Numbered from the stretch's first letter, positions 46,184 to 59,512 are shown. The stretch: 64,000 nt of DNA from Pseudomonadota bacterium (GCA_040752005.1 JBFMFX010000006.1:10539-74538), one strand, 5' to 3'. Notes: generated from the letters alone by a model not told the origin. A program made the numbers and translations.

Positions 46184-47239
46184 CTAGGGGTTTCTCACCA
46201 GATCGAGCGGATTCACCGGCCGCGCGACGTCCATCACGAGCGCGTACGATACCTTCTCGAAGACGCGGAACACGAAGACAAGTCCGTAGCGCTCGTCGGG
46301 CAGAGCCACGGTAGCGGCATCCCGCGCCGCGCCGTAGGCGAGGGTGCCGCCGGGCCGGTACAGCGCGAGCACGTGACCGATTTCCAGACCCTGGTCCTTG
46401 CCCGCGCTCAGCGCCACGATCGAGAGGCGTCCGGCCTCCCCGGTGCGGCCGACACCGCCGTAGATCGAGATGACGCGCCCGCGAACCTGCGTCGAGGGCG
46501 CGTGCGGGGCATAGGTGACGGGCTCGGGGCGCCCGGCGGCGATCAGGCGGTCGCCGACGCCTACTTCCTGCGTGACCGAAGTCAGCTCGATGAGAGCGGG
46601 CTCGCCGGGTCGCACGAGGCGCGCGGTGCCGAGGTAAACGGCCTCGAAGCCAAGCGTGCGGTTGCTGTCCGGATCCACCAGAGGCTTGCCACGGCGGTAC
46701 ACGAACCACTGCTCGGTCTTTGCCTCGCCGATGCCCTTCACGTAGGCACGCGCTCCACTCTCGATGACCACACGGCCGCCTTCGGTGGCAACGATGACCG
46801 GCGCGCGGTCCAGGCCGTCGTCCTCCACCACGAGCGGACGACTGAGGAACGGCTCGATGGCGGCCGGAGGAATCGGGGGGATGGCTTGCGGCGTCGTCGA
46901 CTCCGCCCGCACGCGCGGGCTCAACTGCACGGTTTCCGCCGCGAGCGCCAGCTGTGCGCGCGCGCGATCGAGCACGATCACGTCGCCGGGGTAAATGCGG
47001 TGCGGATTGCGGATCTGCTCCTTGTTCAGGTTCCACAGCTCGTTCCAGCGCCAGGGAGAGTCGGTAAAGCGCCCCGCAATGGACCAGAGCGTGTCTCCGG
47101 GCTGGACGACGTAGCGATCGGGAGCGTCCGGCTTCAGTGCGAGCGGCGTCTTCGGGACCTGGGCATAGGCCGCGGGAAGAACGCCAAGGCCAAGGACAAA
47201 AATCAGCCCTATGATAGACTTACATACTTGGTCGTGCAT
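46184..47239 (-). CDS. LysM domain-containing periplasmic protein
   Basis: Probable start is ATG 47239, giving the signal peptide MHDQVCKSIIGLIFVLGLGVLPAAYA. LysM motif is YVVQPGDTLWSIAGRF...IYPGDVIVL. Confidence 0.85.
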   Translation of the reverse strand: MHDQVCKSIIGLIFVLGLGVLPAAYAQVPKTPLALKPDAPDRYVVQPGDTLWSIAGRFTDSPWRWNELWNLNKEQIRNPHRIYPGDVIVLDRARAQLALAAETVQLSPRVRAESTTPQAIPPIPPAAIEPFLSRPLVVEDDGLDRAPVIVATEGGRVVIESGARAYVKGIGEAKTEQWFVYRRGKPLVDPDSNRTLGFEAVYLGTARLVRPGEPALIELTSVTQEVGVGDRLIAAGRPEPVTYAPHAPSTQVRGRVISIYGGVGRTGEAGRLSIVALSAGKDQGLEIGHVLALYRPGGTLAYGAARDAATVALPDERYGLVFVFRVFEKVSYALVMDVARPVNPLDLVRNP

Positions 47240-47382
47240 GCGGCCCCCCGAGCGGTGGCTGAGGTTGTCGGCTCTCTGCGCCTTCCGGTTTGTGCTTGCA
47301 ATGTAGCACAAAGCCCAGAGTGTTTATGTGCCGCATGAGATAGTGCACGTAATTTATTATTTCAGCAAGCATTTTCCGAAAA

Positions 47383-47886
47383 ATGGCGATTCTGAACATC
47401 CTCCGCTACCCCGATGCGCGGCTTCACAAGGTCGCTGAGCCCGTCAAAGTCTTCGACGAATCCCTGAAACGGCTGGTCTCCGATCTGGCCGAGACAATGT
47501 ATGCCGCGCCGGGAATCGGCCTTGCGGCCACCCAGGTGGATGTGCACAAGCAGGTGATCGTGGTGGACGTGTCCGAGCGACGCGACTCTCTGGTGGTGCT
47601 CGTCAACCCCGAGATCGTCGAAGCAAGCGGGGTGTCGGATATCGAGGAGGGGTGCCTCTCGGTTCCGGGAATCTACGAAACGCTGGAGCGCGCCGAGCGG
47701 GTCAAGGTGCGGGCGTTCGATCAGAATGGCAAGGCATTCACGCTGGAGGCGCAGGGACTGCTGTCGGTGTGCATCCAGCACGAGATGGACCACCTGCAGG
47801 GAAAGGTGTTCATCGAGCGGCTCTCGCAGCTCAAGCAGCAGCGCATTCGCGCGCGCATCGCCAAACAGCTTCGCAAGAGCGCCTGA
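47383..47886 (+). CDS. def: peptide deformylase
   Basis: 167 aa with [17 protein letters not shown] and HEMDHL. Confidence 0.97.
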   Translation: MAILNILRYPDARLHKVAEPVKVFDESLKRLVSDLAETMYAAPGIGLAATQVDVHKQVIVVDVSERRDSLVVLVNPEIVEASGVSDIEEGCLSVPGIYETLERAERVKVRAFDQNGKAFTLEAQGLLSVCIQHEMDHLQGKVFIERLSQLKQQRIRARIAKQLRKSA

Positions 47887-47922
47887 GCGGCGCAGCGCGG
47901 GGCGCGGGCGCGCCGCCTGCTG

Positions 47923-48852
47923 ATGCGCCTTGTCTTTGCCGGAACGCCGGCCTTCGCCGCGGCCGCGCTCGAGGCCTTGCTCGCCGCCGGCCACGAGGTG
48001 GCGCTCGTTCTCACACAACCGGATCGCGGCGCCGGGCGCGGGCTCAGGCCGGCGCCGAGCCCGGTCAAACGCCTGGCGCTCGAGCGCGGGCTCAGCGTCC
48101 ATCAGCCCGCGAGCCTGCGCGAGCCGGGGGCGCTTGCTCCGATCGCGGCCGCGCGCCCGGAGGCGATCGTCGTCGCCGCCTACGGATTGCTGCTGCCGCG
48201 GGCGCTGCTTGCGCTGGCGCCGCATGGCGCGATCAACATCCACGCCTCGCTCCTGCCGCGCTGGCGCGGCGCGGCGCCGATCCAGCGCGCGCTGCTCGCC
48301 GGCGATGCCGAGACGGGCATCACGATCATGCAGATGGACGAAGGGCTGGACACCGGCCCGATCCTCGCCCAACGCCGCATTCCCATCGGGCCGCAGGACG
48401 ATGCGCAGACGTTGCACGATCGCCTCGCGGCCCTCGGCGCCGAGATGATCGTGCGCACACTCGCCGACATCGCGGCCGGCCGGGCTCGCGCCGTGCCGCA
48501 GCCGCAGGAAGGCGTGAGCTACGCGCCGAAGATCACCAAGGACGAAGCCGTGATCGACTGGTCGCAGCCCTGTGCCGAGATCGAGCGCAGGATCCGGGCG
48601 CTGCGGCCCGCGCCGGGCGCGCGAACGCGCCTGCGCGGCGAGGTGCTCAAGCTCTGGCGCGGCGAGTGCGTTGAAGGCAGCGGCGCGCCGGGCACCGTGC
48701 TCGTCGCCTCCGAGGCGCTGGTGGTCGCCTGTGGCGACGGCGCGCTCGTGGTGCGCGAGCTGCAGCTTGCCGGCGGCAGGCGACTCGCCGCCGCCGAGTT
48801 CCTGCGCGGCCATCCCGTAGAGGCGGGGGAACGCCTTGGCGCCGCTCGCTGA
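47923..48852 (+). CDS. fmt: methionyl-tRNA formyltransferase
   Basis: 309 aa with MRLVFAGTPAFA and HASLLPRWRGAAPIQRA. Confidence 0.97.
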   Translation: MRLVFAGTPAFAAAALEALLAAGHEVALVLTQPDRGAGRGLRPAPSPVKRLALERGLSVHQPASLREPGALAPIAAARPEAIVVAAYGLLLPRALLALAPHGAINIHASLLPRWRGAAPIQRALLAGDAETGITIMQMDEGLDTGPILAQRRIPIGPQDDAQTLHDRLAALGAEMIVRTLADIAAGRARAVPQPQEGVSYAPKITKDEAVIDWSQPCAEIERRIRALRPAPGARTRLRGEVLKLWRGECVEGSGAPGTVLVASEALVVACGDGALVVRELQLAGGRRLAAAEFLRGHPVEAGERLGAAR

Positions 48853-50122
48853 AGCGCTCGCGCTTGCGGCGCGGCGCGTGGCGCGCGTCGCCGCCGGCCG
48901 CAGCCTCGCTGCCGTGGCCGAGGACTCGGGCGAGACCGAACCCGAGGCCGGCCCCGCCGCCCAACTGCGCGCGGCGGTCGCGGACCTGTGCTTCGGCACA
49001 CTGCGCCGCTACGGGCGCTCGCAGGCGCTGGTGGCGCTGCTCTCGGAGCGCGGCGGCACGCAGGACCGCCTCGCCGAGGCGCTGCTCTGGTGCGCTTTCT
49101 ACGCTCTGGAATCCGGACGCTACGCCGAGTACACCGTGCTCGATCAGACCGCGCGCGCGTGCGAGCGCCTGCGCCTGGAGCGCGCAAAGGGTTACGTCAA
49201 CGCCGTGCTGCGCGCATATCTGCGCCGGCGCGAGAGCATCGAGGCGGCGCTCGCCACCGACCCCGAAGCGCTCTGGCAGCACCCGCGCTGGTGGATCGAG
49301 CGACTGCGCGCGGAGTACCCGGCCGAGTGGCAGGGCATCCTCGCCGCCGGCAACGCTCCGCCACCGATGTGTTTGCGCGTGAACCTGCGCCGCATCTCGC
49401 TCGCGGCCTACCGCGAGCGGCTGGCGGCGGCCGGGCTCGAGGCGCGCGTGCTCGGTGCCGCGGCGCTGCTGCTTGCGCGCCCGGTGCCGTCGGCGCACCT
49501 GCCCGGCTACGCGGAGGGCCTGGTTTCGGTACAGGATGCCGGTGCGCAGCGCGCCGCCGGCCTGCTCGATCTGCGCGCCGGCCAGCGCGTGCTGGACGCC
49601 TGCGCCGCGCCCGGCGGCAAGAGCGCGCACATCCTCGAGTCGGCGGACGTGTCGCTCACCGCGCTCGACGCCGATGCCGCGCGCTGCCGCCATATCGAGC
49701 GCACGCTGGCGCGCCTCGGTCTTCGCGCGCGCGTGCTCGCCGGCGACTGCACCGCGCCCGAGACGTGGTGGGACGGCGTGCCCTTCGATCGCATCCTCGC
49801 CGACGTGCCGTGCAGCGCCTCCGGCGTGGCGCGGCGCCACCCGGACATCAAGTGGCTGCGGCGCGCGGCCGACGTGCAGGCGTTTGCCGCGCGCCAGGCG
49901 CGCATCCTCGAGGCGCTTTGGCGGCTGCTCGCCCCGGGTGGTAAATTGCTGTATGTCACCTGCTCGGTGTTCGGCGCCGAAAACGGCGCGGTGGTCGAGC
50001 GCTTTCTGCACAGCGCGCCCGGCGCCCGCCGCGCGCCGCTTGCCGACGGCGCCGCGGCGCAGCTCCTGCCCGGCCCGGAACACGACGGGTTCTTCTTTGC
50101 GCAGCTAGAGAACGCGGGCTAG
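48836..50122 (+). CDS. rsmB: 16S rRNA (cytosine967-C5)-methyltransferase
   Basis: 428 aa with an NusB-like N-terminus, DACAAPGGKS and DVPCSASGV. The TTG start overlaps the fmt 3' end, so the exact start is uncertain. Confidence 0.9.
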   Translation: MAPLAEALALAARRVARVAAGRSLAAVAEDSGETEPEAGPAAQLRAAVADLCFGTLRRYGRSQALVALLSERGGTQDRLAEALLWCAFYALESGRYAEYTVLDQTARACERLRLERAKGYVNAVLRAYLRRRESIEAALATDPEALWQHPRWWIERLRAEYPAEWQGILAAGNAPPPMCLRVNLRRISLAAYRERLAAAGLEARVLGAAALLLARPVPSAHLPGYAEGLVSVQDAGAQRAAGLLDLRAGQRVLDACAAPGGKSAHILESADVSLTALDADAARCRHIERTLARLGLRARVLAGDCTAPETWWDGVPFDRILADVPCSASGVARRHPDIKWLRRAADVQAFAARQARILEALWRLLAPGGKLLYVTCSVFGAENGAVVERFLHSAPGARRAPLADGAAAQLLPGPEHDGFFFAQLENAG

Positions 50123-50133
50123 AGCATCGCGCG

Positions 50134-50745
50134 ATGCCGGGCGTGGCCGTCCACCGAATCGTGCTCGCGCTGCTCATCTGGGCGCTCGCGCTCGGCGCGC
50201 GCGCCGACGAGATCGAGGTGCGCGAAGCGAGCCTCGCAGCGGTCGAGGAAGGGCTCGCGCTCACGGCGGATTTCGCCTTCGACATCAACCCGCGGCTCGC
50301 CGAGGCGGTGGCGAACGGAGTGCCGCTCTATTTCGTGGTCGAGTTCGAGCTGGTGCGCACCCGCTGGTGGTGGTTCGACGAGAAGACGGCGGCCAAGCGC
50401 CTGCAGCTGCGGCTGTCGTACCATGCGCTGTCGCGCCAGTACCGGCTCTCGACCGGGCTGCTGCAGCAGAACTTCGGCTCGCTCGGCGAGGCGCTGGCGG
50501 TCCTCAGGCGCGTGCGCAACTGGATCGTGGTCGACCGCACCGCCGCGCTCGCCGAAGGCACCTACGAGGCGGCGGTGCGCATGCGTCTGGACACGACGCT
50601 TCTGCCCAAGCCGTTTCAGCTGTCCGCACTCACCAGCCGCGAGCTGAACCTGGAATCGCCCTGGAAGCGCTTTTCCTTCCGCTACACGGGGCCGGCGCCG
50701 GCGCCGGTGGAGTCGCGCGAAGGGCGCGAGGCGGAGGCGCGATGA
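50134..50745 (+). CDS. DUF4390 domain protein
   Basis: 203 aa with a signal peptide and VPLYFVVEFELVRTRWWWFDEK...LSYHALSRQYRLSTG, as I remember for DUF4390. It sits between rsmB and ntrY. Confidence 0.8.
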   Translation: MPGVAVHRIVLALLIWALALGARADEIEVREASLAAVEEGLALTADFAFDINPRLAEAVANGVPLYFVVEFELVRTRWWWFDEKTAAKRLQLRLSYHALSRQYRLSTGLLQQNFGSLGEALAVLRRVRNWIVVDRTAALAEGTYEAAVRMRLDTTLLPKPFQLSALTSRELNLESPWKRFSFRYTGPAPAPVESREGREAEAR

Positions 50746-52880
50746 CGCTGGTCCTCACCATCGGCGCGGCGCTCGCGGGCGTGGCCCTCTTCCTGCTCGC
50801 CACGGCGAGCGGCAACACGACGCTGTTCGCGCGCCAGTATCCGCTCCTGCTCGGCCTGAACGGCGCGCTCGCCGCGGTGCTCGCGGTGCTCGCCGTCTGG
50901 CAGCTCGGCGCGCTCTGGCGCAAGGTGCGCGCGCGCGTGTTCGGCTCGCGCCTGACGCTGCGGCTGATGCTGATGCTCGCGCTGATGGCGGTGGTGCCCG
51001 GCGCCCTGATCTACACGGTGTCGGTGCAGTTTCTCGCGCGCTCGATCGAGTCCTGGTTCGACGTCAAGGTGGAGGCGGCGCTCGAAGGCGGCATCAACCT
51101 CGGCCAGTCTGCGCTCGATCAGATGCTCGCCGACATGCAGGACAAGGCGCGCGCCATCGCGCTCGAGCTGGCCGGGCAGCCGCCGGCGCAGCAGGTGGTG
51201 CTGCTCAATCGCCTGCGCGAGCAGGCGGGCGTGCCGGAGGCGGTGATCGTGTCGGCCGGCGGACGCGTGCTCGCGAGCGCCTCGGGCGATGTCTCGCGCC
51301 TGGTGCCGGAGCTGCCATCGGCCCAGGTGCTGCGCCAGGCGCGCGCCGGGCGCGGCTACGCTTCGGTGGACGCCCCTGCCGGCAAGCCGCTCGCGCTGCG
51401 CGTGGTGGTGCCGATGGCCAGCCTGACGCTCGCCGAGGAGCCGCGCTTCCTGCAGCTGCGCCAGCCGGTGCCGGAGATCTTCGGCCGCAGCGCCGAGGCG
51501 GTCGAGGCCGCCTACCGCGACTACCGCGAGCTGGCGCTGGCGCGCCAGGGCCTCAAGCGCATCTACATCGTGACGCTGACGCTCGCCCTCGGCATGGCGC
51601 TGCTCGCCGCGCTCTCGCTCGCTGCGATCCTCGCCGGCCGGCTCTCGGAGCCGCTCGCGAATCTGGCGCAGGCGACGCAGGCGGTCGCGCGCGGCGACTT
51701 TTCGCGCCGGATGCCCGTGACCAGCCGCGACGAGCTGGGGGTGCTCATCGAATCGTTCAACGCCATGACCCGGCAGCTCGACGAGGCGCGCAGGGGCCTG
51801 GAGGCGCATCGCGACGCGCTCGAGACGGCGCGCGCGCGCCTGGAGAACATCCTCGCCAACCTGTCGGCCGGGGTGCTGGTGTTCGACGCCAGACTGCGCC
51901 TGACCGTCGCCAATCCCGGCGCGCACGCGATTCTGGGGCCGGATCTCGCGGCCTGTGCCGGGCGTGCACTTGCCGAGTGGCCGGCGGCGCTGCGCGCCTT
52001 CGCCACCGCGGTCGAGGAGCGGCTGCGGGCCGAGGGCGAGCATCCCTGGCAGCTCGAGCTGGAACTCAAAGGCACCGGCAAGACGCTGCTGCTGCGGGGA
52101 TCGGCGCTGCCCAAGGCTCCCGAGGGCGGGCACGTGCTGGTGTTCGACGACATCACGCAGCTCGTGCAGGCGCAGCGCGCGACGGCGTGGGCCGAGGTGG
52201 CGCGGCGCCTTGCCCACGAGATCAAGAATCCGCTCACCCCGATCCAGCTCTCGGCCGAGCGCCTGGAGATGAAGCTTGCGGGCAAGCTTTCCGGCCCGGA
52301 CGCCGAGACGCTGCGTCGCGGCATCGGCACGATCGTCGAGCAGGTGAGCGCGCTCAAGCGCATGGTGGACGATTTCCGCGACTATGCGCGACTGCCCGCA
52401 CCCGCCTTCACCGCACTCGACCTGAACCAGCTTGTCAACGAGGTGCTGTCGCTGTACGAAAATTCGGCCGTGCCGATCGCCCGCACCCTGGCGCCCGATC
52501 TGCCGCGGGTGCGCGCCGACCCGGTGCAGATCCGGCAGGTGCTTCACAACCTGGTGCAGAACGCGCAGGATGCGCTTGAGAACCGCAAGGCGACCGCCGA
52601 GCCGCCCGCGATCGAGGTGCGCACCGAGCGCGCCGGCGAGCGCGTGCGGCTGACGGTCGCCGACAACGGCGGCGGATTTCCCGAAGAAATCATGGCGCGC
52701 GTATTCGAGCCCTATGTCACCACCAAGCCGCGCGGTACCGGCCTCGGCCTGGCGATCGTGAAGAAGATCGTGGACGAGCACCGGGGCGAGGTGACCGTGC
52801 AGAACCGTCCCACCGGCGGGGCCGCGGTGAGCGTGTGGCTGCCGGCAGCCGAGGCCGACCGGCGCGCGCTGGCCGCGTAA
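50742..52880 (+). CDS. ntrY: sensor histidine kinase NtrY
   Basis: 712 aa from ATG 50742, in an ATGA overlap with the DUF4390 stop. It has multiple N-terminal TM helices, HAMP and PAS domains, the H-box HEIKNPLTPIQLSAERL, and an HATPase domain. Confidence 0.9.
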   Translation: MTLVLTIGAALAGVALFLLATASGNTTLFARQYPLLLGLNGALAAVLAVLAVWQLGALWRKVRARVFGSRLTLRLMLMLALMAVVPGALIYTVSVQFLARSIESWFDVKVEAALEGGINLGQSALDQMLADMQDKARAIALELAGQPPAQQVVLLNRLREQAGVPEAVIVSAGGRVLASASGDVSRLVPELPSAQVLRQARAGRGYASVDAPAGKPLALRVVVPMASLTLAEEPRFLQLRQPVPEIFGRSAEAVEAAYRDYRELALARQGLKRIYIVTLTLALGMALLAALSLAAILAGRLSEPLANLAQATQAVARGDFSRRMPVTSRDELGVLIESFNAMTRQLDEARRGLEAHRDALETARARLENILANLSAGVLVFDARLRLTVANPGAHAILGPDLAACAGRALAEWPAALRAFATAVEERLRAEGEHPWQLELELKGTGKTLLLRGSALPKAPEGGHVLVFDDITQLVQAQRATAWAEVARRLAHEIKNPLTPIQLSAERLEMKLAGKLSGPDAETLRRGIGTIVEQVSALKRMVDDFRDYARLPAPAFTALDLNQLVNEVLSLYENSAVPIARTLAPDLPRVRADPVQIRQVLHNLVQNAQDALENRKATAEPPAIEVRTERAGERVRLTVADNGGGFPEEIMARVFEPYVTTKPRGTGLGLAIVKKIVDEHRGEVTVQNRPTGGAAVSVWLPAAEADRRALAA

Positions 52881-52886
52881 CGACCC

Positions 52887-54140
52887 ATGGCGCAGATCCT
52901 GGTCGTGGACGACGAGGTGGGGATCCGGGAGCTGCTCCTGGAGATCCTCGCCGAGGAAGGCCATCAGGTGGTGCTCGCCGAAAGCGCCGCCGAGGCGCGC
53001 CGGCTGCGCGAACGCGCCCGCCCCGACCTGGTGCTGCTCGACATCTGGATGCCAGACACCGACGGCATTTCGCTGCTCAAGGAATGGGCGGCGAGCGGCC
53101 AGCTCACCATGCCGGTGGTGATGATGTCGGGGCACGGCACGATCGAGACCGCCGTCGAGGCCACTCGCATCGGCGCGCTCGATTACCTGGAAAAGCCGAT
53201 CGCCCTGCAGCGGCTGCTCGCCACCGTGCGCCGCGCGCTGCGCAGCGCGGCGGCCGCGACGACGCGCGAGCTGTCGCTCGCCACGCTCGGGCGCTCGCCG
53301 GCCCTTGCCGAGGCGCGCCAGCGTCTGGCGCAGCTCGCCTCGGCGCCGGGCGCGTTGATGCTGCGCGGCGAACGCGGCATTCGCCCGGAGCTTTTCGCAC
53401 GGCTACTCGCGGCCCCGGGCACGCCGTTCCTGGACGGGGCCGGACTGCTCGCCGGGGCCCCATCGGAGGTGCTCGCGCGCGCCTCCGGAGGCGTGCTTTT
53501 CGTCGGCGACCTCACGCGCCTTGTGCGCGCCGAGCAGAAGAACCTGGAGTTCCTGCTCGCGCGCGCCGAGCGCCACCGCGCCCGCGTGGTGTCGTTCTCG
53601 CCGGTGGATCCGCGCGCACTCGCCGAAAAGCACGACTTCGACCCGGAGCTGGCCGCGCGTCTTGCCGAGCTCGTGCTGCGGCTTCCGGCGCTGCGCGAAT
53701 TCGCCGAAGACATACCGGACCTCGCGGCGCAGATGCTGGCGCTGCTGGTGGAAAGCCGCGCCTGCCCGCCGCGGCGGCTTTCCACCGCGGCACTGAACGC
53801 GCTGCGGCACCACCGCTGGCCGGGCAACATCGCTGAACTGGAGGCCGTCGTGCGCAACCTCGCCTTCGGGGCGCTAGAGGAGGAGATCGGCCTCGCCGAC
53901 GTCGAGCGCGTTCTTGCCGCGTTTGCCCCGCCGCCGACGCCGCCGGAGATCGCCTTGGACCGCCCCTACCGGGAGGCGCGCGAAGCGTTCGAGCGCCTGT
54001 ACTTCGAGCACCTGCTGCAACGCGAAAACGGCAGCATGTCGCGCGTCGCCGAGCGCTCCGGCCTGGAGCGTACCCACCTGTACCGCAAGCTGAAGGCGCT
54101 GGGATTGCCGGTCGGCCGGCGCGAGGAAAGCTCCGGCTGA
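52887..54140 (+). CDS. ntrX: response regulator NtrX (REC, degenerate AAA+-like core, HTH)
   Basis: 417 aa. The REC domain is ILVVDDE...LLDIWMPDTDG. The central region aligns to sigma54-activator cores, but Walker A reads GERGIRPE, there is no GAFTGA, and Walker B reads LFVGDL. The C-terminal Fis-type HTH is SMSRVAERSGLERTHLYRKLKALG. Confidence 0.85.
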   Translation: MAQILVVDDEVGIRELLLEILAEEGHQVVLAESAAEARRLRERARPDLVLLDIWMPDTDGISLLKEWAASGQLTMPVVMMSGHGTIETAVEATRIGALDYLEKPIALQRLLATVRRALRSAAAATTRELSLATLGRSPALAEARQRLAQLASAPGALMLRGERGIRPELFARLLAAPGTPFLDGAGLLAGAPSEVLARASGGVLFVGDLTRLVRAEQKNLEFLLARAERHRARVVSFSPVDPRALAEKHDFDPELAARLAELVLRLPALREFAEDIPDLAAQMLALLVESRACPPRRLSTAALNALRHHRWPGNIAELEAVVRNLAFGALEEEIGLADVERVLAAFAPPPTPPEIALDRPYREAREAFERLYFEHLLQRENGSMSRVAERSGLERTHLYRKLKALGLPVGRREESSG

Positions 54141-54156
54141 GCGCGCTGCGCCCGTG

Positions 54157-54261
54157 CTAGGCGGCGCGCTTTTCCTTCTTCTTCGCCCGGTGCGGCCGCG
54201 TGTTGCCGTAGGTGCCGCGAAAGATCTTGCCGCGGCGCGTGCGCCGGTCGCCCTTGCCCAT
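54157..54261 (-). CDS. 30S ribosomal protein bTHX
   Basis: Not in the ORF track as its own entry; it is the C-terminal tail of the spurious 287-aa ORF 54157..55020. Translation MGKGDRRTRRGKIFRGTYGNTRPHRAKKKEKRAA closely matches the Thermus Thx peptide as I remember it (GKGDRRTRRGKIWRGTYGK...). GGAGG lies 6 nt upstream of ATG 54261. An alternative ATG at 54267 directly abuts the ribosome-binding site. Confidence 0.75.
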   Translation of the reverse strand: MGKGDRRTRRGKIFRGTYGNTRPHRAKKKEKRAA

Positions 54262-54281
54262 TGCCATCCTCCGTGTCGTGC

Positions 54282-57998
<3,717 letters not shown>

Positions 57999-58188
57999 GC
58001 GCGGGCGGCCGGGCGACGGGAAATCGTCCAGCTTGCCGGAAAACGCTTCCGCGGGAATCGAGGCAGGATGCGTCTCTTTAGCGGTATTTGTTACGCGCCC
58101 GCAAGCTGAACGTCAAATCGGCGCGTGGGGCCGAGTGTGCCCACCGGCTCCGCATCTGTCAAATGCCTCCCGTATACTCGGCGGCCCG

Positions 58189-59493
58189 ATGCTCGGCCGC
58201 GATCCGACAGTGCACAGGCCGCCGCCGCCGGCCGCACTTGCGTGGTCGGTCTGGGCGCTCGGCGCCGCGCTCTACCTCGCCGGGTTCTTTCAGCGCGTCG
58301 CCCCGGCGGTGATGACACGGGAACTGATGGCGGAATTCGCCATCGCCGCCGCCGGGCTGGGGCAGCTCTCCGCCTATTACCTGTACAGCTACGTCGCGAT
58401 GCAGATCCCGACCGGGCTGATGGTGGACCGGTTCGGCGCGCGGCGCGTGCTCGCCGCCGGCGCGGCGCTCGCCGCGCTCGGGAGCTTTCTGTTCGCGCTC
58501 GCGCCCGGTCTCGCCGCCGCGAGCCTCGGCCGCCTGCTCGTCGGCGGTTCGGTCGGCGTCGCCTGGGTAGGAACGCTCAAGCTCGCCGCGCACTGGCTGC
58601 CGCCGCAGCGCTTCGCGCTCGCCACCGGGCTTGCGCTCGCCGCGGGCATGACCGGCGCGGTCACCGCCGGCGTACCGCTGGCGTGGGCGGTGGCCGCCTT
58701 CGGCTGGCGTGCGGTGATGCTCGCCGCGGCGGTCGCGATCGCGCTCATCGCCGTCGCCATCGGGTGGCTGGTGCGCGACGATCCCTCCGAGCGCGGCTAC
58801 GCGAGCTGGTTCGCCGGCGCGGAGCCGGCGGCGGCGCGGGCCTCGATCCGCACGGCGCTCGTCGAGGCGCTTGGCTACCGTAACACCTGGCTCGTCTTTC
58901 TCGCGCCGCAGGGCATGGTGGGGGCGTGCCTTGCGATCGGCGGACTCTGGGGGGTGCCGTGGCTCGTCTCGGTGTACGGCTTCACGCCGGCGCGCGCCGC
59001 GTTTTACTGCTCGGCGCTGATGCTCGCCTGGGCAGCCGGTGGCCCGGCCTTCGGCGCGCTGTCCGACCGCCTGCGCCTGCGCAAGCCGTTCTACCTCGCC
59101 GGCTCGTCGATCGCGTTCGCTCTCTGGGCGCTGGTGATCCTCTGGCCCGAGCCGCTTGCGCCCGCGCTGCTCTTTGCGCTCTTGGTCGGTGCCGGATTCG
59201 CTTCCGGCTGCATGGTGGTGGGCTTTGCGCTCGCCAAGGAATCGGTGCCCGCGCGCCTTGCCGGCACCGCGTCCGGCATCGCCAACATGGGCTCGATGGC
59301 GGGCGCCATGCTGCTGCAGCCGCTGCTTGGCCTGGTGCTCGATCTCAACTGGCGCGGCGCGCTCGCCGGCGCCGTGCGCGTGTACGACGCGGCCGCATAC
59401 CGCGCGGCGTTCCTGCTGGTGCTCGTCTGGCTGGCGGTCTCGCTCGTCGCCGCGGCGTTCCTGCGCGAAACCGGCGGCCGGCAGAGAGTCTGA
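58189..59493 (+). CDS. MFS transporter
   Basis: 434 aa from ATG 58189 (MLGRDPTVHRPPPPAALAWSVWALGAALYLAGFFQRVAP...). It is polytopic, with an MFS loop motif GLMVDRFGARR. The listed ORF start at 57925 lies inside metH. Confidence 0.85.
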   Translation: MLGRDPTVHRPPPPAALAWSVWALGAALYLAGFFQRVAPAVMTRELMAEFAIAAAGLGQLSAYYLYSYVAMQIPTGLMVDRFGARRVLAAGAALAALGSFLFALAPGLAAASLGRLLVGGSVGVAWVGTLKLAAHWLPPQRFALATGLALAAGMTGAVTAGVPLAWAVAAFGWRAVMLAAAVAIALIAVAIGWLVRDDPSERGYASWFAGAEPAAARASIRTALVEALGYRNTWLVFLAPQGMVGACLAIGGLWGVPWLVSVYGFTPARAAFYCSALMLAWAAGGPAFGALSDRLRLRKPFYLAGSSIAFALWALVILWPEPLAPALLFALLVGAGFASGCMVVGFALAKESVPARLAGTASGIANMGSMAGAMLLQPLLGLVLDLNWRGALAGAVRVYDAAAYRAAFLLVLVWLAVSLVAAAFLRETGGRQRV

Positions 59494-59512
59494 CCTGCTA
59501 CGATCGCGCGCG

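Noticed and set aside
50124-50137. Perfect 14-bp palindrome GCATCGCGCGATGC containing the DUF4390 start codon
   Set aside because: It is short and GC-rich, cannot fold as a hairpin because it has no loop, and is likely to arise by chance in this composition. No second copy was seen.
57999-58188. Possible SAH or other riboswitch in the 190-nt metH leader
   Set aside because: I read the minus-strand leader looking for the SAH-element cores as I remember them (AGGAGCGCUGC ... AACGGCGCUCA) and found nothing similar. Only weak promoter-like hexamers (TTGACA/TTGACG) are present. A covariance-model scan would be needed to be certain.
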